From: Eledone cirrhosa
Taxonomy: Eukaryota
Length of the DNA stretch: 64,000 nt
Direction: 5' to 3'
Assembly (NCBI GenBank): GCA_964016885.1
Contig: OZ024745.1
Span: forward strand, 8,928,001 to 8,992,000
The notes beneath the pieces are model-generated. The model saw only the letters and a program-made list of their open reading frames with translations. It did not search any database and was not told the DNA's origin. Both the position numbers and the translations under genes were made by a program. Shown here piece after piece: positions 12,328 to 24,836 of the stretch (positions are counted from its first letter, which is position 1; each line of letters begins with the position of its first letter).

Positions 12328-12520
12328 AATGGTTATGAATCTTGGGTAGTGACAGAAAAAATACGATTACGTATGCAAGCGGCCGAAATGGGGTTCCTCC
12401 GAAGGGTTTTAGACTAACGTTACTCGATAGGGTGCGTAGTTCGGAGATCAGTGAGTCGCTTCATGTAAAGTTTCTATTTCTTTGCATCGAAGATCACAGC
12501 TCTGGTAGTTATATGCGCCG
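12328..12520 (+). pseudogene. RTE (Expander-like) LINE C-terminal fragment
   Basis: Translation with a frameshift gives GYESWVVTEKIRLRMQAAEMGFLRRV/RLTLLDRVRSSEISESLHV, which is typical of the RTE ORF C-terminus. Confidence 0.7.
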
Positions 12521-12697
12521 AAATTACAATACAGCCTACATGCATGTGGTCACGTTTAAATACTGGGGTAAATAAACACAAAAACAGATTCTGTGTGTGT
12601 GTGTGAGTGTGAGTGTATGTGTGTGTGTACACAGGATGTATAGATGTGTATGTGTGTGCTGTTTGTGTTTCATGATTCCAATAGCCTTTTGTAGAGG

Positions 12698-12731
<34 letters not shown>

Positions 12732-13824
12732 GGAGCGAAACGGAGAGAGAGAGTGTGTGCTTGTGTGTCTGTGTGTGTGTGTGTGTGTGGTGTGTGTCTA
12801 TGTGCCTGTGTGTGTGTCAATCTCTCTGTGTGGTGTGTATGTGTGTGTTAGCTTCAACGTAGGTTTTTGACTCTGAAAATTAATCTCACAAGTTAACCAT
12901 TTAAACCGCAAGAGATAGAAAGAGTGGTCGTGCTCAAACCAGCAGATATCGTTGCATCGGAAGAGACTGTTTCTGTTTTTTCTCTTTCCAAATACTTTGC
13001 AGCTTATTGTTACCTGTTTGTGGAATATCATCTATGTCACCCTCTAGTCCAGATCAATATAATAGGGTAGATAATACTTTGGTCTTTATTTAGACTAACG
13101 TGTGTTTTGTCGTTCTAAAGTTTCACTTTCTAGTTTACGAATCCCGAGGCTATATTGTTTATCTTGCATTTCCGAGCCTACCTACTTATTTCTGCTAAAA
13201 TACTTGATTTCCTACATAATGTATTTGTTACATCCTAAAAGATTGTCGACATTTTAAGCCTGGTAGAGCGCATCCCTCTCTATGTCTGAACACGTCAGAT
13301 TTCTTCCAGAGAAACACTGAGAGTGAGAGAGAAAGAGGGGGAGATATAGAGGAAGAATCTATCCTAATACTAGATTGGTACATTTGTTATCGACCTCGAA
13401 AGGAAAAAAAATGTAGTGTTGACCTCGGCAATAAATATTCTATCCGATGGTCTAACGACTCTGCCACTGCTTTGGAGGGTATAATTAAATATAAAGCATA
13501 CAATTATCAGCCATAATAATGTACACACACTTACACACAATACATTTCCTATCTCCGCCATGTTGCTTACAATAAGAAGCTCAGTTTCCAATCACAAGGT
13601 CTTGGGAACCCTACATTTGAATCTGCAAATAGTTATTTCTCCAAATGGTACCCATACATCCAATCGTGTAGATCAGTTGTACATTCTCAACATTTATGTA
13701 ATTCTAGAAATATATTATTAAAACATATTTAATCGCTTCCAATTAGCATTAAATTTATCAAAACGCAAATTTCCCATCTTTTGTGATTGTTCATATATCT
13801 AGTAATACAGGTCTCTCTCTCTCA

Positions 13825-13898
<74 letters not shown>

Positions 13899-14080
13899 TC
13901 AACGTTATTATCGTTGTTATTCACATATCTGCTGTCAAGGTTTGCTCCCTTTCGAACCCTCTTTGGTGTGTCATGATACGCAATCTTTCTACATCCCTCT
14001 CATGCCTCTCGGGACAGGTCGCAGACCCATCGCTAGTTTTTGCGACATGAAATGAAGACTGCAATATATTTTTCGATCAA

Positions 14081-14253
14081 GCCTAAGACCTGAACGAGTC
14101 CCTTGTTAACCCGCTCGAAGGACGGTATCATTCTTTTGTTTCTCTCAGCATATTGCAGTTGCAGTTTCGGTGGTCTGCAATATGGTGAGAGAAACCAAAA
14201 CGAACCATACCGCACCGTCCGGGTTAACAAGGGACTCGTTTAGGGCTTAGGTA
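14081..14253. repeat. Imperfect fold-back (MITE-like) hairpin
   Basis: CCTAAGACCTGAACGAGTCCCTTGTTAACCCG ... CGGGTTAACAAGGGACTCGTTTAGGGCTTAGG, with inner arms TTTCTCTCAGCATATTGCAG/CTGCAATATGGTGAGAGAAA. Confidence 0.8.
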
Positions 14254-14333
14254 GAGGGGTTTGTTATATTCTCATATTTCATGAGGAAAACACACAATTT
14301 GTTTAATTTGTTTTACAGTTATGTGTGTTTTAT

Positions 14334-14487
<154 letters not shown>

Positions 14488-14526
14488 ATTATATATATAT
14501 ATATATTTATTAAAATAACAGATTAA

Positions 14527-14577
14527 AGTTTAAGCAAAGAATCGCTGCTTTCACCCTTAACGGGATCTTCTGAAACT
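14527..14577 (-). ncRNA. Type I hammerhead motif (CAGAAGA core variant) at the end of an interspersed repeat also present at about 22240-22497 (+) and 38268-38312 (+)
   Basis: Minus strand AGTTT-CAGAAGA-t-CCC-gttaa-GGG-t-GAA-AGCA-gcgattctt-TGCT-T-AAACT. All three stems pair; followed by AATAAA and (TA)n. Confidence 0.6.
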
Positions 14578-15155
14578 AACAAAGTCAATCTGTAAACGCA
14601 GAAGTGGATATTTCAAAAAACGTTGCAACCGGAGGAAGACAGGAAGACGATACTTTGGTTCGTGGAAACGTTCGCTGGCAAAGAACGGGAAAAACGAATA
14701 ATACGTCATTAATAGGAGCGGTGAAAAACAATTACGCGCAAAGACAGAACCACGTTTATGGTATAAAAGAGGTCGTAGACTAATGTTCTCTTAGGTGGTT
14801 CATAGAGACGTTCTCTGGCAATGAACGGAAAAAACGAAGATAATACGTCATATGTGGAGCATGGAGAACAATTGCACGCAAAGACAAAACCACGTAAATT
14901 GTATAGCAGAAGTCGTAGACATATTCTAACTAGGAAACCGAATGAATCTTCGTTTCAGAGTTAAGAATAAAGTAAATAAATACAATACAGAGGTAATAGA
15001 AATTAAATAAATACATACACGCATGCAAATACGTACATACACAAGCATACGCGAAAACACTTGGAATATTTGCTCTGCGGTTCTTATATATTTGATATAT
15101 ATTTATCCTTATCGAGCCCTCTTTGGATTTTAGTCTTCAAATTTATTATTATTAC

Positions 15156-15213
<58 letters not shown>

Positions 15214-15764
15214 TACACTGATACAGGGGATGGTTGTCAAAGAAACAACACCACGTGTTCGGCCGGCCCCTGTATCATGAAAAGAAAATCTTTTTCTGGG
15301 AAATTATTGAATTATTCCGAATTGAAAGGTTTATAGGGAATTTTCAATGTTTACTTTAGGTTTTGCCGTCTGAAAAGCTCAGGCTATCATAACTGATAGT
15401 CCTCAGTGAAATATGTATAACGGAGTTTTAAATAAACCTCAATTAACTGAATATGGCCTCCGATCTTTTATTAATATAAATGTGTGCGTGTTTGTTTTAT
15501 ACAAATTAAACAAATTGTGTGTTTATGAAATATGAGAATATAACAGGAGGTACCCTCCATATATTATTTAAACACCTGAATGAGATATTTCCTTATCATT
15601 CTTGATGTCTCCTCATATTTCGATGAATTTACGGATATCTTTGTTAACTGTAACACTGTTTCCCTACTTTAATCATTTGGATAATCGGTAAATACAGAAT
15701 TCGGAGATACTTTTGAAGATATATTAGTTTCTAATAACATATACACGATCTACATTCACTTATC

Positions 15765-15920
<156 letters not shown>

Positions 15921-15970
15921 TATTAATGAAAAAGAACAAAGGAACTATTATGACATTATAACAAGTTTAT

Positions 15971-16017
15971 TGCCGACAGCCGTTTCGTCCGACCATATGG
16001 TGGGACTTTTCAAGGCA
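15971..16017 (-). ncRNA. Minimal type I hammerhead motif, U3-A8 core variant
   Basis: Minus strand TGCC-TTGAAAA-GTCC-c-ACCA-ta-TGGT-c-GGAC-GAAAC-GGCT-GTC-GGCA, then ATAAAC and (TA)n. Confidence 0.7.
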
Positions 16018-16925
16018 TATAACATGTGATTGTAAGTTCATTATTTACATCAACGTATCACTCAAGACTAGCAGTTTGAAATTGTGGTATACATCAGCAG
16101 CTCCGCTTGTATATTTGGGGTCTATATTCTAAGGGGCTCTTTTATATTAGTTGTCGGAGTTGTAAGAGGGATGGGTTATGGGGAATTAAGAGAATTTGAA
16201 AAGGGCCTAAGAGTCAGGGATTGAAGGTTAAACATTAGATAATTTATAATTTACGCACTAAAAGTAAAAGACTTGGGATCTCGTAGAAGCACCTTAAAAA
16301 ATCCCTCAATAAGTGCATAAAGCTTACAAGCCCCAATAAACTTAACAAACTAGAAGAGATTAAGAGACTAATAAAATAAAAAAATAAAAAAATAAAAATA
16401 TAAAGTTTCCCTAAAAAAATATAAAGTTTCCTAAGAAATTCCTTCAAGAGAAAAAAAATTTTTCGAAAAAAAAAAACTTTCTTCCCCAGAGATCACGTTA
16501 AAAAATTTCAGAAAATTTACGAAGTTTTGATAATCTCTACTAAGTTGAAAGAAACTAATCAATTAAAGGTTAATTCAAAAAGCCTTCAATAAATCCCTCA
16601 GAAAAGGCCCCTTTAATATTTTTAATAGGAACCTCCTCCGAGAGACCCTTCGAAGAATTAAAATTTTAGAGAGCCTTTAAGGATATATATAAACGAATTG
16701 AGGAAAATTATAAATTAAAAGTTAAAAATTACGGTATTTGGGATATCCGAGGAATTTTCAAAGGGCTGCTTCAACATTATTATACTTTGGGAGGGTCATG
16801 CTGCCAATAAAAACACGCACCTGTTGGTTTTCACTTCAATTTATTATAAATAGTTATTGTGGCACGACCCACAAAAACAAGATGATGTAGGACAGAACAA
16901 ATGAAGGACATAAAATAACAAATTA

Positions 16926-16968
16926 GTCACTGAGGAGGTCACACAATGTGTGACGAAAGAGCTTTGAC
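16926..16968 (+). ncRNA. Minimal type I hammerhead ribozyme motif (canonical core)
   Basis: GTCA-CTGAGGA-g-GTCACAC-aat-GTGTGAC-GAAA-GAGC-TT-TGAC followed by AATAAA. Confidence 0.75.
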
Positions 16969-17121
16969 AATAAACAAATAAACCATCCAGTTATTAAACT
17001 AACCAACTGGAAATTTATAATAAATTGAAGTGTTTTTGTTGACCCTCCCAAAGTATAACAATATTTATTTCAACACACGTTTTCAGAAACCGTGCAAAAC
17101 AAATAGAAAAACGAAGTACTA

Positions 17122-17157
<36 letters not shown>

Positions 17158-17379
17158 AGGGGTAGGTGTGGGTGTATGTGTGTGTGTGTATTTGTGTGTA
17201 TATATTTATACATGCATACATATATCGACAGTCGATCGATAAGATCTCAGACCTCGCTTAACGAATGGAGTGAAGCTCGTCAAATCGGACCGCAAATCCA
17301 CCCATGCGCCTTCACACACACACACACTCCCATATATATATATATATATATAATATTAATAATTGTTTCTACTTTTGGC

Positions 17380-17551
17380 ACAAGGCCAGCAATTATTTCA
17401 GTACATTGCTGGTACTTTATTTTATCGACCTCGTAAGGATGAAAAGCAAAGTTAACCTCGACGGGGTTTGAACTCAGACCATAAAGGGACGTAACTATGC
17501 TACAAAGCATGGTGTCCAACCCTCTACTGATACTGCCAATCCACCGCCCTT
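17380..17551 (-). mobile_element. tRNA-derived SINE with MetaSINE-like central domain
   Basis: Minus strand GGCGGTGGATTGGCAG (A-box-like)...GAGTTCAAACC (B-box)...GTTAACTTTGCTTTTCATCCTTACGAGGTCGATAAAATAAAGTACCAG; multiple copies in the window. Confidence 0.8.
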
Positions 17552-17672
17552 ATATATAATATTAATAATAGTAGTATTTATACTTATATATATATAATCT
17601 ATTTACAATTATAAACACGTAAGAAAATTAGCTCAATCTAAATTATTTGATGTATTACGGACGGAGCAGAAA

Positions 17673-18129
17673 TACAGAATATAAAACAATCAAATTTTTG
17701 TTTAATGCATTTAATTGCTGACGTTCGTTTCTTCCAGATGACTATCTGGCATCATCGGAGTATAGACAATATTTAAACAATTAATTACATTCCAAAACAA
17801 TTAATTACATTCATTAAGGTACATTATTATTGACAGTGTCAGTGACATCATATTGAAAAACAAGAGTAATAAAAGGATATTACATTGAAAAGATAGCCAA
17901 ATATTGGAGGCTGTTATAAAGAAGGTATTGCTACTAGTGAGTATATCAAGCATATTATACAGAAAATTAGTAATAGTATGCATAAAGGTAATACAGACGC
18001 AAAATGACTAGGAATGTGATTACTTGTTTAAACATTGTCTATGCTCCGATGATTCCAAACAGTCATCTGGAAGAAACAATCGTCAGCAATTTAATGCATC
18101 AAACAAAAACTTGATTGTTTTATATTCTG

Positions 18130-18132
<3 letters not shown>
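17673..18132. mobile_element. Inverted-repeat element (about 120-bp arms) with a hammerhead motif in each arm, ending in (TA)n; putative Penelope-like remnant
   Basis: Arms 17673-17793 and 18011-18132. Hammerhead at 18042-18088 (+): TGCT-CCGATGA-TTCCA..TGGAA-GAAAC-AATC-GTC-AGCA; mirror copy at 17716-17762 (-). Confidence 0.7.
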
Positions 18133-18224
<92 letters not shown>

Positions 18225-18237
18225 CGTATACATTATA

Positions 18238-19333
<1,096 letters not shown>

Positions 19334-19585
19334 TCACACAGACGTACACAGAATCCCATGACGGACAGCATTGTGTGTGGAGATACCAGCAGGGAATTAA
19401 TCGACCTTAGAATATCACGATGATTTAGAAATATAAATAAGTTTCTCGCCCCATCGGACTTGCTCACAGAACCACAGAACTAACAAAGGAACCTAACCAC
19501 AAGTGTATTTATATATCCAGATAAGTGTATCGGAGAGACCACCAAACCTCCATCCCCCTTGTATATGTGTGTGTGTGTGCGTTTA

Positions 19586-19644
<59 letters not shown>

Positions 19645-19700
19645 GCGGCGATGAATTAGTTTAGCGAGGTTTTTTTATATGAAATCGTGTGTCGAAACAA

Positions 19701-20387
<687 letters not shown>

Positions 20388-20465
20388 ATTACCCACTCTA
20401 CTTCCTCAAGTATTGAGTACTTTGGTGCGTTATGGTCCACCTGGTTCCTTACCACATTTCCTTCG

Positions 20466-20610
<145 letters not shown>

Positions 20611-22029
20611 TTATATATATATATACATATAATAAAGGAAGGTCTGTGGGACTACGTACGGTTTACTTTTTTTTATCTCGTTAGTAAAATAAGTTGGATT
20701 ACTTTGAATATATAATTAATGAATATAACATAATTTATCTACTAAATTTCGTAAACAAAAATAATTTCGTAAAAATAAATAATTTAAAATTGACTTCTTT
20801 TCAAAGTTGCACTTCCGGTATATCGTTACCACCACCACTTCAACTACCATATATATAGAAAGAGAGAGTATGTGATGTCAACACTTCCGGTGGCGATCAC
20901 TTAAATAAACATACTAATTTTCTGTCACTAATTTTCTCCTAATGCAGTTTATATATAACTAGCAGTAAAGCCCGGCGTTGCTCGGGGCTGCTCAGTAGCT
21001 GTGTTAAAGTTACAATGTTAAGTTCCTTTCTTGGCTTAAAAACTGTAGAGTCTACAGTGTAGAGTTTCATGTGGTACTTCTGATTAATATTCCCTCAACC
21101 AACAGTATGCCTTATGAAGTTAAGAAAATATAACCATAACTCGAATGTTAAAACAAAAGAGGATGCTGGAGATAAAAACTGCACTGGTAATCTATTAACA
21201 AAAATCGAAAATGTAAACACTGCAACACTTGTCTCAGAGAAAAACATCAGCGTAACCAAACTATCAGTTATTTTGAAACAAAAAAATTGGATGGACATGA
21301 AAAACAAACAAAAAATGCAATTTTATCGACTATCACCTCTCTGCACGACTGTCTGTCTGCACAACTTTATCGCCTATATCGCCTCTCTGCACGACTGTCT
21401 GTCTGCATGCTTCCATCGTCTATCAGCCCGACTGTCTGTCTGCACAACTTTATCGCCTATATCACCTCTCTGCACGACTGTCTGTCTGCACAACTTTATC
21501 GCCTATAGCAGTAAAGCCCGGCGTTGCTCGGGGCTGCTCAGTAGCTGTGTTAAAGTTACAATGTTAAGTTCCTTTCACATTCATCTGTAGAACAAACGTA
21601 GCCCATGTGTCAAGTTTTGTGAAAATCGGTTGCGAACTCCAGAAGTTATGACCTTTTGTTGCATTGCACTGCAGTGCTTCAGTCGACTACAAGGAAGTGG
21701 TTAAAGAGGGTTATCTGCCGGGAGGCCCTATAATCAATAATCAATATAATCAATAATCAATATCTGGAAAAATGAAAGTGCCCATGACCATCCAGAGTAC
21801 ATAAGTAACCTTTGTCTTAAGTTTGGTGAAAATACTGTAGAAATGCATAAGGTTTACACACACACGCGCGCGCGCGCTATGGGTGTTTGTGTGTGTGTAT
21901 GTATTTGTGTGTGCGTATGTATATGTATATGTGTGTGCGTATGTATATGTATATGTATATGTATGTGTATGTCCGTCGGCGCATACGTATGTACTGGCCT
22001 AAATCTTCACTATTTACTTTTACTATTTT

Positions 22030-22142
22030 AAGGCAAAGTTAAAATCCAGTCGAGGATAACTTTGCCTTTCATCCTTACGGGGTTGATAAAATAAAGTACC
22101 AGTAATGTTAATTGTTGGCCTTGTGCCAAATGTAGAAACAAC
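22030..22142 (+). mobile_element. SINE 3' part (same family as 17380-17551)
   Basis: AACTTTGCCTTTCATCCTTACGGGGTTGATAAAATAAAGTACCAGT...TGGCCTTGTGCCAAATGTAGAAACA. Confidence 0.75.
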
Positions 22143-22446
22143 TATTTTAATAACCTCTGTCATTTTCGTTTACAATTTTATTTACATCATTCTTAAACTC
22201 CGGGGCTAGAAATCATTCGGTTATTTTAAATAGAATATTAGTCTAACGACTCCATTTACACCATAAATTTGGTCTTGTCTTTGCATGAAATTGTTCTTCT
22301 CGGTCCACATAACGACGTATTATCCTCGCTTTTTTCCGTTCATTACCACGGAATGTCTTCACGAACCAAAATATCGTCTTCCTGTTTTCCTTTGGTTGCA
22401 ACGTTTCTCGAAATATTTTATTCTGCGTTCACAGATTGAATTTATT

Positions 22447-22497
22447 AGTTTAAGAAGATCCCGTTAATGTTGAAAGCAGCGATTCTTTGCTTAAACT
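22447..22497 (+). ncRNA. Decayed copy of the 14527 hammerhead motif
   Basis: AGTTT-AAGAAGA-tcccgttaatgtt-GAAAGCA-gcgattctt-TGCTT-AAACT. Confidence 0.45.
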
Positions 22498-22614
22498 TTC
22501 TTTCTTTCTCAACCGCTCTCCCTTTTTTTCATACCCCCTCTCTCTCTCTCACTCATAGCCCCTCTCTCTGTCTCTCACTTCCTTTACAAAATGGAGAACA
22601 ATAAAGAACGCGCA

Positions 22615-22676
<62 letters not shown>

Positions 22677-23229
22677 ATTATCTTGTACCTCTCTCTGTAT
22701 AACGTCCTATCTCACTCTCTCTCTCTACATCTCCATTTCTCTCTTTAGATGTATATGTATATGTGTGTGATATATATATATAGAGAGAGAGTTGCAACAT
22801 GTATGTAGTTTTATAGATTTTTTAGGGTAATAGTGAGAGGAATTAAGCGTGTAAGAGAGAGAGTTACAGCATGTATTTAGTTTTATAGATTTTTTTTTCA
22901 TAGAAGCAGGAAACTTTTGGCAATGTTTATTACGCGTTGACCATCCTTGGTAAATTTGGAGCACATTGGAAAACAAATCATCAAAATCGGTAGAGAAATG
23001 TGGAAATGCATAAAAATCATACACACACAGAGACAGACATCTTCCGTTTTATATATATATAATATCGTCTTTTTTTTATGTATCATGGATTACGTTGCTG
23101 ATTACATAAGACAATGTAACAACGTCTTCGTTCAATTTCGGTGTATATTGTCAATTACGATTTTATTTGATGTATCATATCTACATGAATATATACTTGC
23201 GTATAATATCAATATACACACTACACAAG

Positions 23230-23268
23230 CTAGCAAAAAACCACCCGAAAGGTGGTTTTTCTGCTAGT
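23230..23268 (+). other. Hairpin ending in CTAGT, Helitron 3'-terminus-like
   Basis: CTAGCAAAAAACCACC-CGAAA-GGTGGTTTTTCTGCTAG-T. Confidence 0.45.
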
Positions 23269-23274
23269 ATACAT

Positions 23275-23800
23275 AATATAGATACTAATATACTAATATA
23301 GATACAAATATACTAATATAGATACAAATATACTAATATAGATACTAATAATATACTAATATAGATACTAATATACTACTAATATAGATACTAATATACT
23401 AATATAGATACTAATAATATACTAATATAATAATGTAGATACTAATATACTAATATAGATACTAATAATATACTAATATAGATACTAATATACTAATATA
23501 GATACTAATATACTAATATAGATACTAATATACTAATATAGATACTAATAATATACTAATATAGATACTAATATACTAATATAGATACTAATAATATACT
23601 AATATAGATACTAATATACTAATATCGATACTAATAATATACTAATATAGATACTAATATACTAATATAGATACTAATATACTAATATAGATACTAATAA
23701 TATACTAATATAAATACTAATATACTACTAATATAGATACTAATATACTAATATAGATACTAATAATATACTAATATAGATACTAATATAATAATATAGA
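23275..23800. repeat. Tandem repeat of about 20/23-bp units (AATATAGATACTAATATACT)
   Basis: Directly visible. Confidence 0.95.
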
Positions 23801-23901
23801 TAAACAAATATCTTATCAAGTAAATATCGGCGTTGCACACACATCCACACACATCTACACACATCTACACACATCTACACACATCTACACACATCTACTT
23901 A

Positions 23902-24268
23902 TGTCTTTACACTCACACAATGATGTAGGCTGAGCTTTACCTGTCTTTACACTCACACAATGATGTAGGCTGAGATTTACCTGTCTTTACACTCACACAA
24001 TGATGTAGGCTGAGATTTACCTGTCTTTACACTCACACAATGATGTAGGCTGAGCTTTACCTGTCTTTACACTCACACAATGATGTAGGCTGAGCTTTAC
24101 CTGTCTTTACACTCACACAATGATGTAGGCTGAGATTTACCTGTCTTTACACTCACACAATGATGTAGGCTGAGCTTTACCTGTCTTTACACTCACACAA
24201 TGATGTAGGCTGAGATTTACCTGTCTTTACACTCACACAATGATGTAGGCTGAGCTTTACCTGTCTTT
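23902..24268. repeat. 40-bp minisatellite, 9 copies (TGTCTTTACACTCACACAATGATGTAGGCTGAGMTTTACC)
   Basis: Exact 40-bp period with a single C/A variable site. Confidence 0.95.
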
Positions 24269-24836
24269 AAACATTTTAAAGATATTTTATTTTTAATAAA
24301 TCAATTCACGGTTATATAAATAAGAAATATTGATGGAAATATGAATTAAAAAGAAAAAGGAAAAGAAAAAGAAAAAGAAAAAGAAAAAGAAAAAGAAAAA
24401 GAAAAAGAAAAGCCAGCAACGAAGAGAGGGGGGGGGGGTAAAGAAGGGCTGACTGTAGGAAAGTAGGAGAAAGGGTTATAATGAAGGGAAAAGAGGGACA
24501 AGGCAAGGACTATGAGGTCACAGACGAAAGGGATGGGGAAGGAGAGAAGAGGCTCTATGCCTGGGGCAGAGTAGTGTTTAGGCTGCGACCCACGGACAAA
24601 ACTGCAAAGACATTTGAAAGAAATCTTTAAATTAGGGATCTCTCTATCTCTTTATCTATCTATCTCCCTATCGCTCTATCTCTCTATCTCTCTATCTCCC
24701 TATCTCTCTATCTCTATATCTCTCTATTTCCCTATCTCCCTATCTCCCTATCTCCCTATCTCTTTATCTCTCTATCTCTCTATCTCTCTATCTCCCTATC
24801 TATTTATCTCCCTATCTCTCTATCTCTCTATCTTCC

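Larger units (their letters stand above)
20959..23060 (-). mobile_element. Non-autonomous Helitron-like element(s) with nested insertions
   Basis: The minus-strand 3' end has hairpin CCCGAGCAACGCCGGG followed by CTAG-T at 20959, and this end is duplicated at 21506-21575. Internal AAGTTT..TGAAAATCGG motifs. Candidate 5' end ATATATAAAACGGAAGATGTCTGTC at about 23060. May be more than one element. Confidence 0.55.

Noticed and set aside
15380-15418. Minus-strand CTGAGGA followed by a CTATCA/TGATAG stem
   Set aside because: No GAAA after the stem; incomplete fold.
23230-23268. Rho-independent terminator-like hairpin with T-run
   Set aside because: Eukaryotic DNA; better explained as a Helitron-type end.
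23902-24268. Regular 40-bp array as a possible CRISPR
   Set aside because: Units are contiguous and near-identical with no unique spacers; eukaryotic context; no cas genes.
24505-24565. CTATGA-GGTC-aca-GAC-GAAA hammerhead-like string
   Set aside because: Core lacks G5 and there are no convincing stems I or III.
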